Assembly (NCBI GenBank): GCA_965219455.1 | Contig: OZ244744.1 | Span: 1,856,001 to 1,920,000, forward strand | Reading direction: 5' to 3' | DNA from: Candidatus Latescibacterota bacterium | GTDB lineage: Bacteria > Latescibacterota > UBA2968 > GCA-2709665 | DNA length: 64,000 bases | Shown here: positions 9,972 to 19,858 of the stretch, one piece after another | Position numbering within the stretch: position 1 is the first letter of the stretch | Layout of the letters: each line of letters begins with the position of its first letter | Position numbers and translations under genes: made by a program | The notes under the pieces: model-generated | The model's input: the letters and a program-made list of their open reading frames with translations, nothing else | What the model was told of the DNA's origin: nothing | Databases searched by the model: none

Positions 9972-12900
9972 ACCCGACTCAGTGCCGTCACAGCGTTGGT
10001 ATCCGTGCCCACCAGAAGGCCTGGTCCATCGGCATGATCCAGGCCGGCCAGCGCCGTCACGCCCCCATCCACCAGGTGGCTCCCGAGGATTTCTCCCTTG
10101 AGTGACAGGAGCACAATCCATCCGTCGGAAGTCCCCGCAACGATCACCTCTTCTTCGCCGTCATCAAGAAGTACCAGACCCGTCACCGCAGCGTTCAGGT
10201 CCCGGCGCCAACGCTTCTCTCCCCCGCCGCTCAACAGCGCCACGTTCCCGCTCTCGCTCCCCGCCGCAAAGCCGGTTCGGCCGACCACCAGTCCGTGCCG
10301 GACATCATCTCCCAGGTTCGCCGTCCAAAGGGTTTTTCCGGAAATCGAGTCGACCACGTAGACATTCCCATCCATCGCCCCGTAGACCGATTCCTTCGCC
10401 CCGTCCCCGTTCAGGTCCGTAAGCGCCAACGCGGTAAAACAGGGTCCCCCACGCACCGTCCACCGGACGCTGCCGTCGGCCTCCAGCATATTGGACGTGT
10501 GGTACTCCGTACCCACCAGGATCTCCTGCTTTCCGTTCCCTTCCACGTCTCCAATCACCAGTGACTGCGCCGCGTGGTGTTCGATCTGCCGCTGCCAGAT
10601 CTCCTCGCCATCCAGACTCAGCGCCCACACCAGCCACCCGTCCGTGGCGATCACGACCTCCGTCTGCCCATCTCCCGTCAGATCCGCCGTCCTCACGGCG
10701 TTCACGATCTGGTCGCGCCCGTGCGACACGATGAACTCGCGCTTCCAGCAGACCGTGCCCGCACCGTCGAACAGGGTCAGCGCGCAGTCCCTGCCGCCCG
10801 CCAGCAGCTTCCCCGTCCCCAGGTCCGCCAGATGCACCGTGCGCACTTCGGCGCCCGTCTCGCGCGTCCACAGGGCCTGCCCGTCCGGGTCCAGCAGGAC
10901 AACCTTCCCGCCGGCGGTTCCCACCGCAATCGATTCACCCCTCACGTCCATGCACCGCACCTCACCACCCGCATCGGCCGCCCATACCGCCCTGAGAGCA
11001 TGCTCCTCCTTCGGGACGAAACGGTCCTCCACGGGCGCCCGCCGGTGTATGTAAGGAGACCCGGGCCCATCCGTTTCCAGAAACCTGATTTTGTCACGCC
11101 CCGCCCGCGCGTCAATCCGTAACCCGCCCACCTGCACCCCATCCTCCCCCACTCCGAAGACCATCGGGCCGTCCGGACCTTCTATCCGCACCATGCCGTC
11201 TCCAATCCGCTCCATTCGACTCGCGTTGACTTCCGCTTTCGTCCCTGCAACCAGAAGATTGAAATACCGTTCCACCTCTCCGGCCTTTCCGCGAAGCGTC
11301 TTGCGCTGTCTGGAGATCCGGATCGGACCGTCTGCGTACGGGTACCCTCCGTAGGGATCCTGCCCTGCAACCCGCGCTTCCTCCGTCTCCAGAGACCTAT
11401 CAGAGTCATCCGCGTTCTGAATCCGGAAGTACACCCCCTCCTGTTCCACGGTCACCCCGCTTCCATCCTGCCGCACCTCACCGAGCGTTCGCCACAGACA
11501 CCGCAGATCGTAATCCGCGTCCCTCAGGAGCTTGATCGAGTCCGCAACCAGCAGGTACTTGCCTTTCAGCCAGAAGATATCCCGCGTCCAGTCCACCCCG
11601 TTGTAATCCGGCACGACCGTCCGGGTAAACGCGGCATCCCCGAAATCTTCCGCCCACTTCAGCGCCACCAGCGACGGCATCTCCGAGCTTTCTCCGTCGC
11701 AGATCGACACGACCGACGAGTGGTGTCTCGGCCGCTTCCAGATATAATCCGTCTCCGCCAGCCACATCCGCCCCTTCCATGTCAGACGCTCGATCGAATT
11801 ACCGTCCTCGTGCCCGTGCGCAAACGTCGAGGTTCCGTCCAGCAGCAGGTAGAGATCCTCCTCCCCGAAACCGCCCCGCAACGTCAGCTTGTCAAACGCC
11901 TCCTGGATGGGCACGTTCGCCCCGCCCGGACCGTGCTGCTGCACCCACTCGTAGAGCGGACGGTTGAACGGCGCGATCGCAATCCCCGCCATGTGGTCGG
12001 CAACCCGCTTCGGGACTGCCTTGTAGAAACAGTCGTGCCGCGGCGCTCCGCCCATCCAGTCCAGCGCCCAGAGATAGCACCCGTCGTCGTAGTACCAGGC
12101 CGCCTTGCACAGCGTGGCAGTCACCCCCGGCGAAGCGCTCCGCCGCACGCCATAGGCCCCCACGTCTCCGAAACCCACCGGGGATCCGAGGTTGTCCGTA
12201 ATCAGAATCGCGTAGTCCGCGATCTCCCGCAGGTGCCCGCCCTTCAAGTAGCGAAAATCATCCCGTTTCAGATCGTAAGTCATCTGGTGGTTCGGCACCA
12301 GCCAGCAGTATCCCCCGCCTCCGCCGTCGTCGTTGGGTTTGTAACAATCGGCCTGGCCGTCGAAAATCGCCCGGCAGAAGCGGCGTTCTTTTTCGAAATC
12401 CTCGACCCCGTAGTAAGCCTTGAAATATCCCGCGCTGGACGACATGCTCAGCCCCGCGAACGTCGGATGGTTCTGCCGGATCTCCAGGGGCGGCGGCTCC
12501 TCCCCTGCGAAATAACCCAGCCCCGCCACGTAATGCGTCAACCCCCAGAGCAGATTGGTCATCCGGAGGCGCTCCGCATCCGTAAACGCGTCGCTCTCCT
12601 CAATAAGGTCCCAGACGCAAAAGAGCCGCCAGGTCCAGGCGTAGATGAACAGCATATGCTCGAAGCACCACTCCCCGCCATAGCGGTTCTCTACCAGGTC
12701 CTCGTAGTAGAAAAGGACGTCCCGGAACATCCGTGCGCAGTCCGGATCGTTCGTGAAGTGGTGGGCGAGGCCCAGCGTCACCCCCTGTTCGATCGGCCCG
12801 CGGCCTGCGTTTCCCTGAAAACCCGCCGCCGTCCGCTCCCGAAACGCCTCCGGAGTCATATCCGGCAACAGCGCCTCGTGCGTTTCCGACCGCGCCAGGT

Positions 12901-13345
12901 TCGTATACCCCAGACGCCCCCCGGTACTCGCCAGAACCTCCTCCAGCGCCGCCAGTGCCGCGGCCGCACCCGCCACCGTGCTGCCCCCCACCAGCAACGC
13001 GTTATCGCCGCAGTTCTCCGGATTGTGCACCGTCCGGATTACATACCCCTCTCCACCCGGATAGTACTCATCCATAAACGCATATTGCCGACGGTACAGC
13101 GCCATGATGGATTCGTTGACCATCGCATTGCCCAACAGCACGCGGTGCCGGCCCTCGGGCAGCGGCGACCGGCCGGCCGGATCCACAATCGGCAGGTCCA
13201 CACCCGCATGCTCCCGGATCATCTCCTGCAGCCGCTGGGTCAGGAGCGTCCAGGCCGGGTCCGCCGGCGCCACGATCTCCGCCCCGTCCCGGAGGTCCGT
13301 GATGAGGTGCATCCCCTTCAGCGTCTCAATCCTGGTCCCGGCCAA
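9968..13345 (-). CDS. Lyase-like/beta-propeller protein (paralog A2 of 3477..7154)
   Basis: Colinear and highly similar to 3477..7154; TTG start with GGAGG RBS. Confidence 0.75.
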   Translation of the reverse strand: MAGTRIETLKGMHLITDLRDGAEIVAPADPAWTLLTQRLQEMIREHAGVDLPIVDPAGRSPLPEGRHRVLLGNAMVNESIMALYRRQYAFMDEYYPGGEGYVIRTVHNPENCGDNALLVGGSTVAGAAAALAALEEVLASTGGRLGYTNLARSETHEALLPDMTPEAFRERTAAGFQGNAGRGPIEQGVTLGLAHHFTNDPDCARMFRDVLFYYEDLVENRYGGEWCFEHMLFIYAWTWRLFCVWDLIEESDAFTDAERLRMTNLLWGLTHYVAGLGYFAGEEPPPLEIRQNHPTFAGLSMSSSAGYFKAYYGVEDFEKERRFCRAIFDGQADCYKPNDDGGGGGYCWLVPNHQMTYDLKRDDFRYLKGGHLREIADYAILITDNLGSPVGFGDVGAYGVRRSASPGVTATLCKAAWYYDDGCYLWALDWMGGAPRHDCFYKAVPKRVADHMAGIAIAPFNRPLYEWVQQHGPGGANVPIQEAFDKLTLRGGFGEEDLYLLLDGTSTFAHGHEDGNSIERLTWKGRMWLAETDYIWKRPRHHSSVVSICDGESSEMPSLVALKWAEDFGDAAFTRTVVPDYNGVDWTRDIFWLKGKYLLVADSIKLLRDADYDLRCLWRTLGEVRQDGSGVTVEQEGVYFRIQNADDSDRSLETEEARVAGQDPYGGYPYADGPIRISRQRKTLRGKAGEVERYFNLLVAGTKAEVNASRMERIGDGMVRIEGPDGPMVFGVGEDGVQVGGLRIDARAGRDKIRFLETDGPGSPYIHRRAPVEDRFVPKEEHALRAVWAADAGGEVRCMDVRGESIAVGTAGGKVVLLDPDGQALWTRETGAEVRTVHLADLGTGKLLAGGRDCALTLFDGAGTVCWKREFIVSHGRDQIVNAVRTADLTGDGQTEVVIATDGWLVWALSLDGEEIWQRQIEHHAAQSLVIGDVEGNGKQEILVGTEYHTSNMLEADGSVRWTVRGGPCFTALALTDLNGDGAKESVYGAMDGNVYVVDSISGKTLWTANLGDDVRHGLVVGRTGFAAGSESGNVALLSGGGEKRWRRDLNAAVTGLVLLDDGEEEVIVAGTSDGWIVLLSLKGEILGSHLVDGGVTALAGLDHADGPGLLVGTDTNAVTALSRV

Positions 13346-13470
13346 TGGAAGACCCTCCTGTCAAATGTACGGTGCAAAAGCCCCGGAAGAATGTCGGGGA
13401 GCTTGTTATTCCGAATGGATATGCTTACTTTATCCAGTTCATCACATCTCACCGGGAGGCAAGGGGCAGG

Positions 13471-14586
13471 ATGGCAACCGTAACCCTGAAAAACGTCCGG
13501 AAGATCTACAACAGGAACACCGTAGCGGTAGAGGACTTCAGCCTCCACGTTGACGATGGGGAGTTCGTCGTGCTGGTCGGGCCTTCGGGATGCGGAAAAT
13601 CGACCACCCTCCGACTGGTTGCCGGTCTGGAGGACGTGACCGGGGGGGAAATCCACATTGACGGAAGCCTGGCGAACGACCTCCCGCCCAAAGACCGGAA
13701 CATCGCGATGGTCTTCCAGAACTACGCCCTGTACCCCCATATGGCCGTCTACGAAAACATGGCCTTCGGGCTGAAACTGAGAAGATATCCGAAGGCGGAA
13801 ATCGACGCCCGGGTGCGGGAGGTGGCGGACATCCTGGGAATTGCAGACCTGCTGGACCGAAAGCCGAAGGAACTGTCCGGCGGACAACGCCAGCGGGTGG
13901 CCGTAGGTCGCGCCATCGTTCGGAAACCGAAGGCCTTCCTTTTCGACGAGCCCCTGTCCAACCTGGACGCCAGGCTGAGGGTTCAGATGCGAACCGAACT
14001 CGCCAAGCTGCACACCCGGCTCGGCACCACCATGATCTACGTCACCCACGACCAGGTCGAGGCAATGACCATGGGCGACCGGCTCGTCGTGATGCAGGAT
14101 GGACGAATTCAGCAGATCGGCGCTCCGGTTCATCTCTACCGGCGCCCGGCGAACCGGTTCGTCGCCGGCTTTATCGGCAGCCCGTCGATGAATTTTCTGG
14201 AGGGCGAACTCATTCAGGACGGTGGCCTGGTATTCTCGGGAGATGGCCTCCGCCTCCCGATCCTGAACCGATACGACCACCGCTTGAAAGGCCACTTCGG
14301 CCGGCGGGTCACTCTCGGCATCCGGCCCGAGCACATCTTTTATGCGTCTTCAGCCCACGGGCTCCGGGAAGCTGAAGACGTCACCGCGAAAGTCGAAGTG
14401 GTCGAACCGATGGGACACGAAACCTATCTCTACCTGACCGCCGGGCGCGCTTCCTGTGTCGCCCGGATGTCCGCAGACCGGACGCCGTCGGTGGGAGAGG
14501 AGGTCCACCTGGCGTTCGACCTCTCAGCGGTACACCTCTTCGACCGGGAGACCGGGGGCGCGTTGCTGCGGGATGCGTCCGGATAG
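13471..14586 (+). CDS. Sugar ABC transporter ATP-binding protein (MalK/UgpC family)
   Basis: GPSGCGKST, LSGGQRQR, FLFDEPLSNLD, C-terminal TOBE region; start MATVTL at 13471. Confidence 0.93.
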   Translation: MATVTLKNVRKIYNRNTVAVEDFSLHVDDGEFVVLVGPSGCGKSTTLRLVAGLEDVTGGEIHIDGSLANDLPPKDRNIAMVFQNYALYPHMAVYENMAFGLKLRRYPKAEIDARVREVADILGIADLLDRKPKELSGGQRQRVAVGRAIVRKPKAFLFDEPLSNLDARLRVQMRTELAKLHTRLGTTMIYVTHDQVEAMTMGDRLVVMQDGRIQQIGAPVHLYRRPANRFVAGFIGSPSMNFLEGELIQDGGLVFSGDGLRLPILNRYDHRLKGHFGRRVTLGIRPEHIFYASSAHGLREAEDVTAKVEVVEPMGHETYLYLTAGRASCVARMSADRTPSVGEEVHLAFDLSAVHLFDRETGGALLRDASG

Positions 14587-14612
14587 CCGCCGGATATTCG
14601 GGCACAACGCGC

Positions 14613-15617
14613 TTACGACTTCACCGCGCCCGACATCAGTCCTGCCGTCAGCCGCTTCCGGACCAGCAGAAACAGCAGCACGGTGGGAATGGTCGCCACG
14701 ACAGCGGTTGCCATCAGATAGTTCCATTCCACCACATTGTTCTTCTCCCACGAATAGAGCGCCATTGTAATCGGCTGCATCTCCCGTCTGGAAACCAGCA
14801 CCAGGGCGAAGATGAATTCGTTCCAGGCGGTTATGAACGTAAAGATGGCGGTCGTTGCCAGTCCCGGCCCCGTCAGCGGGAGGGCGATCCTGAACAGCAT
14901 CCCCGTCCTGGAGAGGCCGTCGATCATCGCGGCATCTTCCAGTTCTTCGGGAATACGTTTGAAAAACCCGGCCAACAACCAGATCGAGAACGGCAGGGTG
15001 ACGGCGGTATTCACCAGAATCAGGCCACTGTATGTATCCAGAAGATTGAGCGCCTTCATCACCTTGAACAGGGGTATCAGGACGATCACGGGTGAAAACA
15101 TCTGCATCACAAGGATACCCAGGCCGAACACCCCGCGCCCCCGGAACCTGATGCGGGCCATGGCATAGGCCGCCGGCGCCGCGGTCGTGATGTTCAGAAC
15201 CGTCGTTCCCGTGGCAATAATCAAACTGTTCACCAGATGGCGCGCCATGGGAATCCGGACGAAAATGTCCAGGTAATTCTGCCACACGATAATTCGCGGC
15301 ACAAGCGTCGCCGGCGATTGAAACACCTCGCTCAGCGTTTTCAGGGAGGTCCCCACGACAACCAAAAACGGAAACAGCGCGAAAGAGGCTACGCCCACCA
15401 TCAGGAGCGCCTTTAAACCGTCGACAGGCCGCGCATGGATCGGTCCCACGGCTGGTGTTCTGTCCCGGAAATAAGTTGCCAGGATTCGGCCGCCGAGTCG
15501 CCCGGCTCGCAAGGCGCCGGAGCGCAGGCGACCTGCGCAAGGTCGGGGAGCGAGGGGAACGCGGCGAGACGGGATGAATCGGCGGAAGAATGGTGAGGTA
15601 TTTTTGGGACCGGACAC
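14613..15617 (-). CDS. Carbohydrate ABC transporter permease (MalG-like); start uncertain
   Basis: EELEDAAMIDG EAA motif, AWNEF, TM segments; GTG at 15617 overlaps the upstream stop. Confidence 0.85.
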   Translation of the reverse strand: MSGPKNTSPFFRRFIPSRRVPLAPRPCAGRLRSGALRAGRLGGRILATYFRDRTPAVGPIHARPVDGLKALLMVGVASFALFPFLVVVGTSLKTLSEVFQSPATLVPRIIVWQNYLDIFVRIPMARHLVNSLIIATGTTVLNITTAAPAAYAMARIRFRGRGVFGLGILVMQMFSPVIVLIPLFKVMKALNLLDTYSGLILVNTAVTLPFSIWLLAGFFKRIPEELEDAAMIDGLSRTGMLFRIALPLTGPGLATTAIFTFITAWNEFIFALVLVSRREMQPITMALYSWEKNNVVEWNYLMATAVVATIPTVLLFLLVRKRLTAGLMSGAVKS

Positions 15618-16483
15618 TAGATGTCCCTCCTGTATAGCACGCGCCACTGGAGAATACTGATCGCAAGCAGCAGAAAGAAGGTCAGAACGGTCAACGTGCT
15701 GGCCTGCCCGAAGTTGAAATAACCGAACGCCCGCCGGTAGATTTCGGTGACCATAATCTGGGTCTGGTTTGCCGGTCCTCCCGCCGTAATCACGTAGATA
15801 AACACAAAGCTGTTGAACGACCAGATAACGCTGACCAGCAGGACCGCCAGCGTGACAGGTCGCAGCAGCGGCAGCGTGATATGACGGAATCGCCTGAGTC
15901 CCGTGGCTCCGTCGATAATAGACGCTTCGTACAGATCCACAGGGATCGCCTGCAGCGCCGACAGGAACGCGAACGTCGTAAACGGCAGGGCCGTCCACAA
16001 GCGGGCTACCAGCGCCCCGGCAAAGGCCGTTGATGCATCCGTCAGCCATTGAACCGGCGTATCGATGACATGCAAGCCCAGCAAAAGCGCATTCAAATGT
16101 CCGTACTCGCCGTTGTACATCCATTTCCATGTGATAGCCGCCACGACCAGCGGCGTCGCCCAGGCGAGGATCAGCAGGCCCCGGACCCATTCGCTGAAAG
16201 CCGACCCCCGGCTCAACAGAAGCGCCACGCCGAGCCCCAGCCCCACATTCATCGTCACCGCCAGCGCCGTCCACAGCGCCGTATTCTTCAGCACCAGCCA
16301 AAACAGATCGTCCGCCACAAGCCCCAGGTAATTCCCCAACCCGACAAACGTCTCTCCTTTATAGGACGTGTGATAGAGACTCGTTCCCATCACATCCAGT
16401 ATGGGAAACCCCATAAACAGAAGCAGCCACAGGGCCGCCGGGGCAACATAGAAGTACGCCAGCCTGCGTTTCTCCCGCTCGAT
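15617..16483 (-). CDS. Carbohydrate ABC transporter permease (MalF-like), probable non-canonical ATC start
   Basis: FVGLGNY and LYEASIIDGA motifs; frame stays open upstream of the tracked ATG through IEREKRRLAYFYVAPAALWLL, with GAGGAG just before ATC at 16483. Confidence 0.85.
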   Translation of the reverse strand: MEREKRRLAYFYVAPAALWLLLFMGFPILDVMGTSLYHTSYKGETFVGLGNYLGLVADDLFWLVLKNTALWTALAVTMNVGLGLGVALLLSRGSAFSEWVRGLLILAWATPLVVAAITWKWMYNGEYGHLNALLLGLHVIDTPVQWLTDASTAFAGALVARLWTALPFTTFAFLSALQAIPVDLYEASIIDGATGLRRFRHITLPLLRPVTLAVLLVSVIWSFNSFVFIYVITAGGPANQTQIMVTEIYRRAFGYFNFGQASTLTVLTFFLLLAISILQWRVLYRRDI

Positions 16484-16492
16484 GCAGTCTCC

Positions 16493-17776
16493 TCACTCCC
16501 CGCGGGGAAGCGTCGGGTCTTCCAGCTCTCTCATCAGACGTGCATAAACCGTATCAAGCGCCTCCCGGGGAGACGCCGTACCCGCCAGTACCATCTGAAT
16601 CGCCTCCCCCCACCCGTCCTGGATCTTCGTCCATTCCGGGTGCTGCGGCGTGAGCTCGATCAGGTCCACCTGCGCCAGGTAGTTCCGGATCGGCACCGTC
16701 CTGTAATAGGCGTGCTCCGACACGGTCCCGGTCACCGGCACGCCCCCGTTCTCCACGTCCATCAGCGCCCGATTCGCCGGCCGCTGCGTAAAGCGGATGA
16801 ACTCATACGCCAGATCCTTTTGCTTCGACGTGGAAAACACGGAGAAGATATCCAGAATCAATAGCATCTTCCGGTCCCTGCCCGCGGGCATCGTCAGCGG
16901 CTCGCACGCAATCCCGGCATCCTGACACCGCTTGTACTGCCACGGCCCGCTGAACGTCAGCCCTGCCTTGCCTGCATCCATCACGGCATAACAGTCATCC
17001 GCGTTCAGATTCAGGATGCCCGGCGGCATGACCCTGTCCACCAGGTGCATATCCGTGAGAAACTTCACGTACGCCACCGCTTCGGGGCTGTTAATTGCCA
17101 GCTTTCCGTCCCGGCCGAAAAAATCGGCTCCGAAGCCCCACATCATTGCGATCTGTTCCTGCATCAGGTGTTTCGGCCGTCCCGCGCCAACGCAGATCCC
17201 GTAGCGATCGGGCGGCTTGTTCAACTTTATTGCCAGTTCCCGGACCGCCTCCCACGTATCCGGCTGGCCGGTCATCCCTTCCTCGTCCATCCAATCCCTG
17301 CGCACGTACAGAACCCGGTTTGCCCCCCACAACGGCACGCCGTAGGTCTTTCCCCTGTATTTGCCCGCGCTCAACGCCGCTGCAATCCACTCGTCCCGTT
17401 CGGCATCCGTCATATATCCGTCCAGCGGCTCCAGCACCCCCCGCTCCGCATACTCCGAAATCATCCCCATAAACAGGTATCCCAGATCCGGCAGGTTTTC
17501 CCCCTGTATCATGGTATTGTAGACGGTTGGACCCTGATCGTACGGGATAAACTGCTGCTCGATCTCCACATCGGGACGTTCCTCTTCAAATCCCTTTTTC
17601 CACGCCCGGAACGCTTCCCGTTCCGGCCCCATCCAGGCGATTCTCAGCTTCACCGTATCACCGGACGATCCGTCATCGGTTCCGTCACACGCGGTTAGAA
17701 CAGAGCCGAGAAACAAAGCCACGGAAATCCCCAGACCCATCTGTATTTTAAGCTTTCCCCGCCATTCAATATGCAT
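16493..17776 (-). CDS. Sugar ABC transporter substrate-binding lipoprotein
   Basis: Lipobox-like VLTAC, PDLGY, GKTYGVP, FSGPW typical of sugar-binding proteins. Confidence 0.88.
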   Translation of the reverse strand: MHIEWRGKLKIQMGLGISVALFLGSVLTACDGTDDGSSGDTVKLRIAWMGPEREAFRAWKKGFEEERPDVEIEQQFIPYDQGPTVYNTMIQGENLPDLGYLFMGMISEYAERGVLEPLDGYMTDAERDEWIAAALSAGKYRGKTYGVPLWGANRVLYVRRDWMDEEGMTGQPDTWEAVRELAIKLNKPPDRYGICVGAGRPKHLMQEQIAMMWGFGADFFGRDGKLAINSPEAVAYVKFLTDMHLVDRVMPPGILNLNADDCYAVMDAGKAGLTFSGPWQYKRCQDAGIACEPLTMPAGRDRKMLLILDIFSVFSTSKQKDLAYEFIRFTQRPANRALMDVENGGVPVTGTVSEHAYYRTVPIRNYLAQVDLIELTPQHPEWTKIQDGWGEAIQMVLAGTASPREALDTVYARLMRELEDPTLPRGE

Positions 17777-19736
17777 GTACTCCGTGCCCCTCTCCGCCGA
17801 AATAGGTGACGTCCAGCAGGAACGAAACCCCCACGTTCAACGCATAACCAATCATCAAGCCCAGGAAAAACGGTATCGAACGCCGGTAGAGAAAGACGCC
17901 GCCTGCCTTCAGCACAATCCCCTTGACCGCCCAGGCAAGAAACACCGAGAGCACGGAATGCACCGTCATTCCCGACCAGGTAACGGCCAGCCCGAGTGGA
18001 TGCAACGGCCACCACGGCACGCGGTTTCGCAGGAAGGTAAGCAGAAGCATCGCGGCAAAGCCAGCCCCGAAATATCCGAACACCTCGGATTTCACCGGGT
18101 CCGGGCTGGACATCATGCCCACAAATGAATTGAACGTGGGCGCCGTTCGCCGCAGCAGCGCGATACTCCCGAAATTATACGCGCCGATCGTATACCCCCA
18201 GTAGAGGGTCAGGCCGACAGACGTCGCCACCGCCCCGACCAGGCCCAGCGCCACGGCCAGGCCGAGCCGGCGCCGGTTCCCTCCGATCAGGTCACCGATT
18301 TTCACGACATGCGCCAATGAGGGCATAAAGAGCCCGCGGCCGTCGTTGCGCAGGGCGAACGAAAAGGCCAGGGCCGTCATCGCCCGCCCCGGGATCTCCG
18401 CTGGGCCGACGGCGTTCAGAATCGCGCTTTGCGGAAACATCGGGGAACTGACGTATAGCAGCCCCGACTGCGCAACCACCCGCGCCACGCCCACGTAGGT
18501 CGCGAAATAGAGGAGCACGAGCACTGCTGAAAGAGACAGGCCCATGCCCGAACTATGAAACCATGCAACGATAAAGATCAGGCTCAACACTACGCCGGCC
18601 GCGGCCGTGCGGTAGGACAGGATCTCCTCTGCATCCTGGCGGGAGGGATGCAGCGCCTCCCTGATGACCTGCCGGAGGTGCTTCCGGGCGGTCCACAGCC
18701 CCCAACCGACCAGGGCGCACAACGCGCCGAAGCTCTGCCACGATACGGCCGACCGTCCGGAGATCCCGCCAACGCCCAGCCTCCCGAAAATAAAGATCTC
18801 CCACATGGCCATAAAGTGAAAAAACCAGATACTGAAGAGCACGTCCAGATTCGCCAGATACGCGAACCCGATCGTGTAAAAATTGATGGTCGTATGGAGC
18901 GCGGGAAATCCCTTGTAAAACGTGGTCCAGCGTGACGGGATGCCGAGAGGTATCTCGGGAAACCCAGGCGCAAAATGCGACATCATATTCCAGGTCATCA
19001 CCAGCGTGGCCGCGCCAAAACCGAACTTGAACGCCCGTGTCCGCATGAACCCGGGAAACGAACCCCCGTCCCGCGCGTCCCCGGCCATATCCGCAACCAC
19101 CTGGGCGAGCGGGTACACCAGACGTTCGTACTCGACCCACTGGCGCCGAAGGATCACCATCAGGCACATCGAAGCGAAGGCAAGAGCGCCCACCAGGGCC
19201 ATCCACCAGCTCAACGGCCCCGCCCACGCGGCCCAGGGAATCGGCGCGTCCCTGGACGGGAGGCCTTCGAACAGCATCCGCATCGTGCCGCCGCGGTTCG
19301 ACGGCGCGATCCAGTCCGGCATGTGCAGATGAAAAAAGGCGCCCCACTGGTTTTCGGGCGTTGCAAGGTAGTACGGAACCGAGATCGTTCCAAGGAGGGT
19401 CGTCATCAGGCTGAAACCGGGTACTACGGCGCCCGTCAACCCCATAGCAGCCACGACCAGAATCTCGGACCGGGAAAGGCCCTCGCCTCGCCGGATTGCC
19501 CGGAGCGCGGGATTCACAAGCAGCGCGAGCAGCATCAGGGGCACGAACAGCCCCATGGGGAAATGGGTTACCTGCAGCCACGAAGCCCGGATCAGGTACA
19601 GCGAGTAGAGGATCCAGAAATTGACGAAAACCACGATCAACAGGCCGATGCCCACAGACCTCGGAGTGACCCCGTGTCGCGGCTTTTCGGGGTTTCGAAT
19701 CAGTGGTTCCGCAGCATTTACGAACTTGGATTCCAT
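17766..19736 (-). CDS. DUF6785/DUF6784-type multi-TM membrane protein (putative transporter)
   Basis: YYLATPENQW, LRRQWVEYERLVYPL, WWPLHPLG, PFFLGLMIG motifs. Confidence 0.75.
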   Translation of the reverse strand: MESKFVNAAEPLIRNPEKPRHGVTPRSVGIGLLIVVFVNFWILYSLYLIRASWLQVTHFPMGLFVPLMLLALLVNPALRAIRRGEGLSRSEILVVAAMGLTGAVVPGFSLMTTLLGTISVPYYLATPENQWGAFFHLHMPDWIAPSNRGGTMRMLFEGLPSRDAPIPWAAWAGPLSWWMALVGALAFASMCLMVILRRQWVEYERLVYPLAQVVADMAGDARDGGSFPGFMRTRAFKFGFGAATLVMTWNMMSHFAPGFPEIPLGIPSRWTTFYKGFPALHTTINFYTIGFAYLANLDVLFSIWFFHFMAMWEIFIFGRLGVGGISGRSAVSWQSFGALCALVGWGLWTARKHLRQVIREALHPSRQDAEEILSYRTAAAGVVLSLIFIVAWFHSSGMGLSLSAVLVLLYFATYVGVARVVAQSGLLYVSSPMFPQSAILNAVGPAEIPGRAMTALAFSFALRNDGRGLFMPSLAHVVKIGDLIGGNRRRLGLAVALGLVGAVATSVGLTLYWGYTIGAYNFGSIALLRRTAPTFNSFVGMMSSPDPVKSEVFGYFGAGFAAMLLLTFLRNRVPWWPLHPLGLAVTWSGMTVHSVLSVFLAWAVKGIVLKAGGVFLYRRSIPFFLGLMIGYALNVGVSFLLDVTYFGGEGHGVHAY

Positions 19737-19858
19737 AGATGTCGTATCGGATGCTGTCGTGGCAGGTTATTTCGAGGAAGGTTGGAGCCTGTGCCGGGGG
19801 ACGCATACATCCGGGTTTCGCCTGGCGGCATGAACCGGAACGGAAAGACGATTCGCGC

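Noticed and set aside
6036-13483. Long + strand ORFs (6036..7571, 11720..13483) and similar antisense ORFs across 3-39 kb
   Set aside because: They are shadows of high-GC minus-strand genes with no recognisable motifs. Their mutual similarity simply mirrors the paralogy of the real genes.
15618-16301. N-terminal extension of the 562-aa ORF 14613..16301
   Set aside because: It overlaps the real upstream permease in another frame; only the part from about 15617 is permease-like
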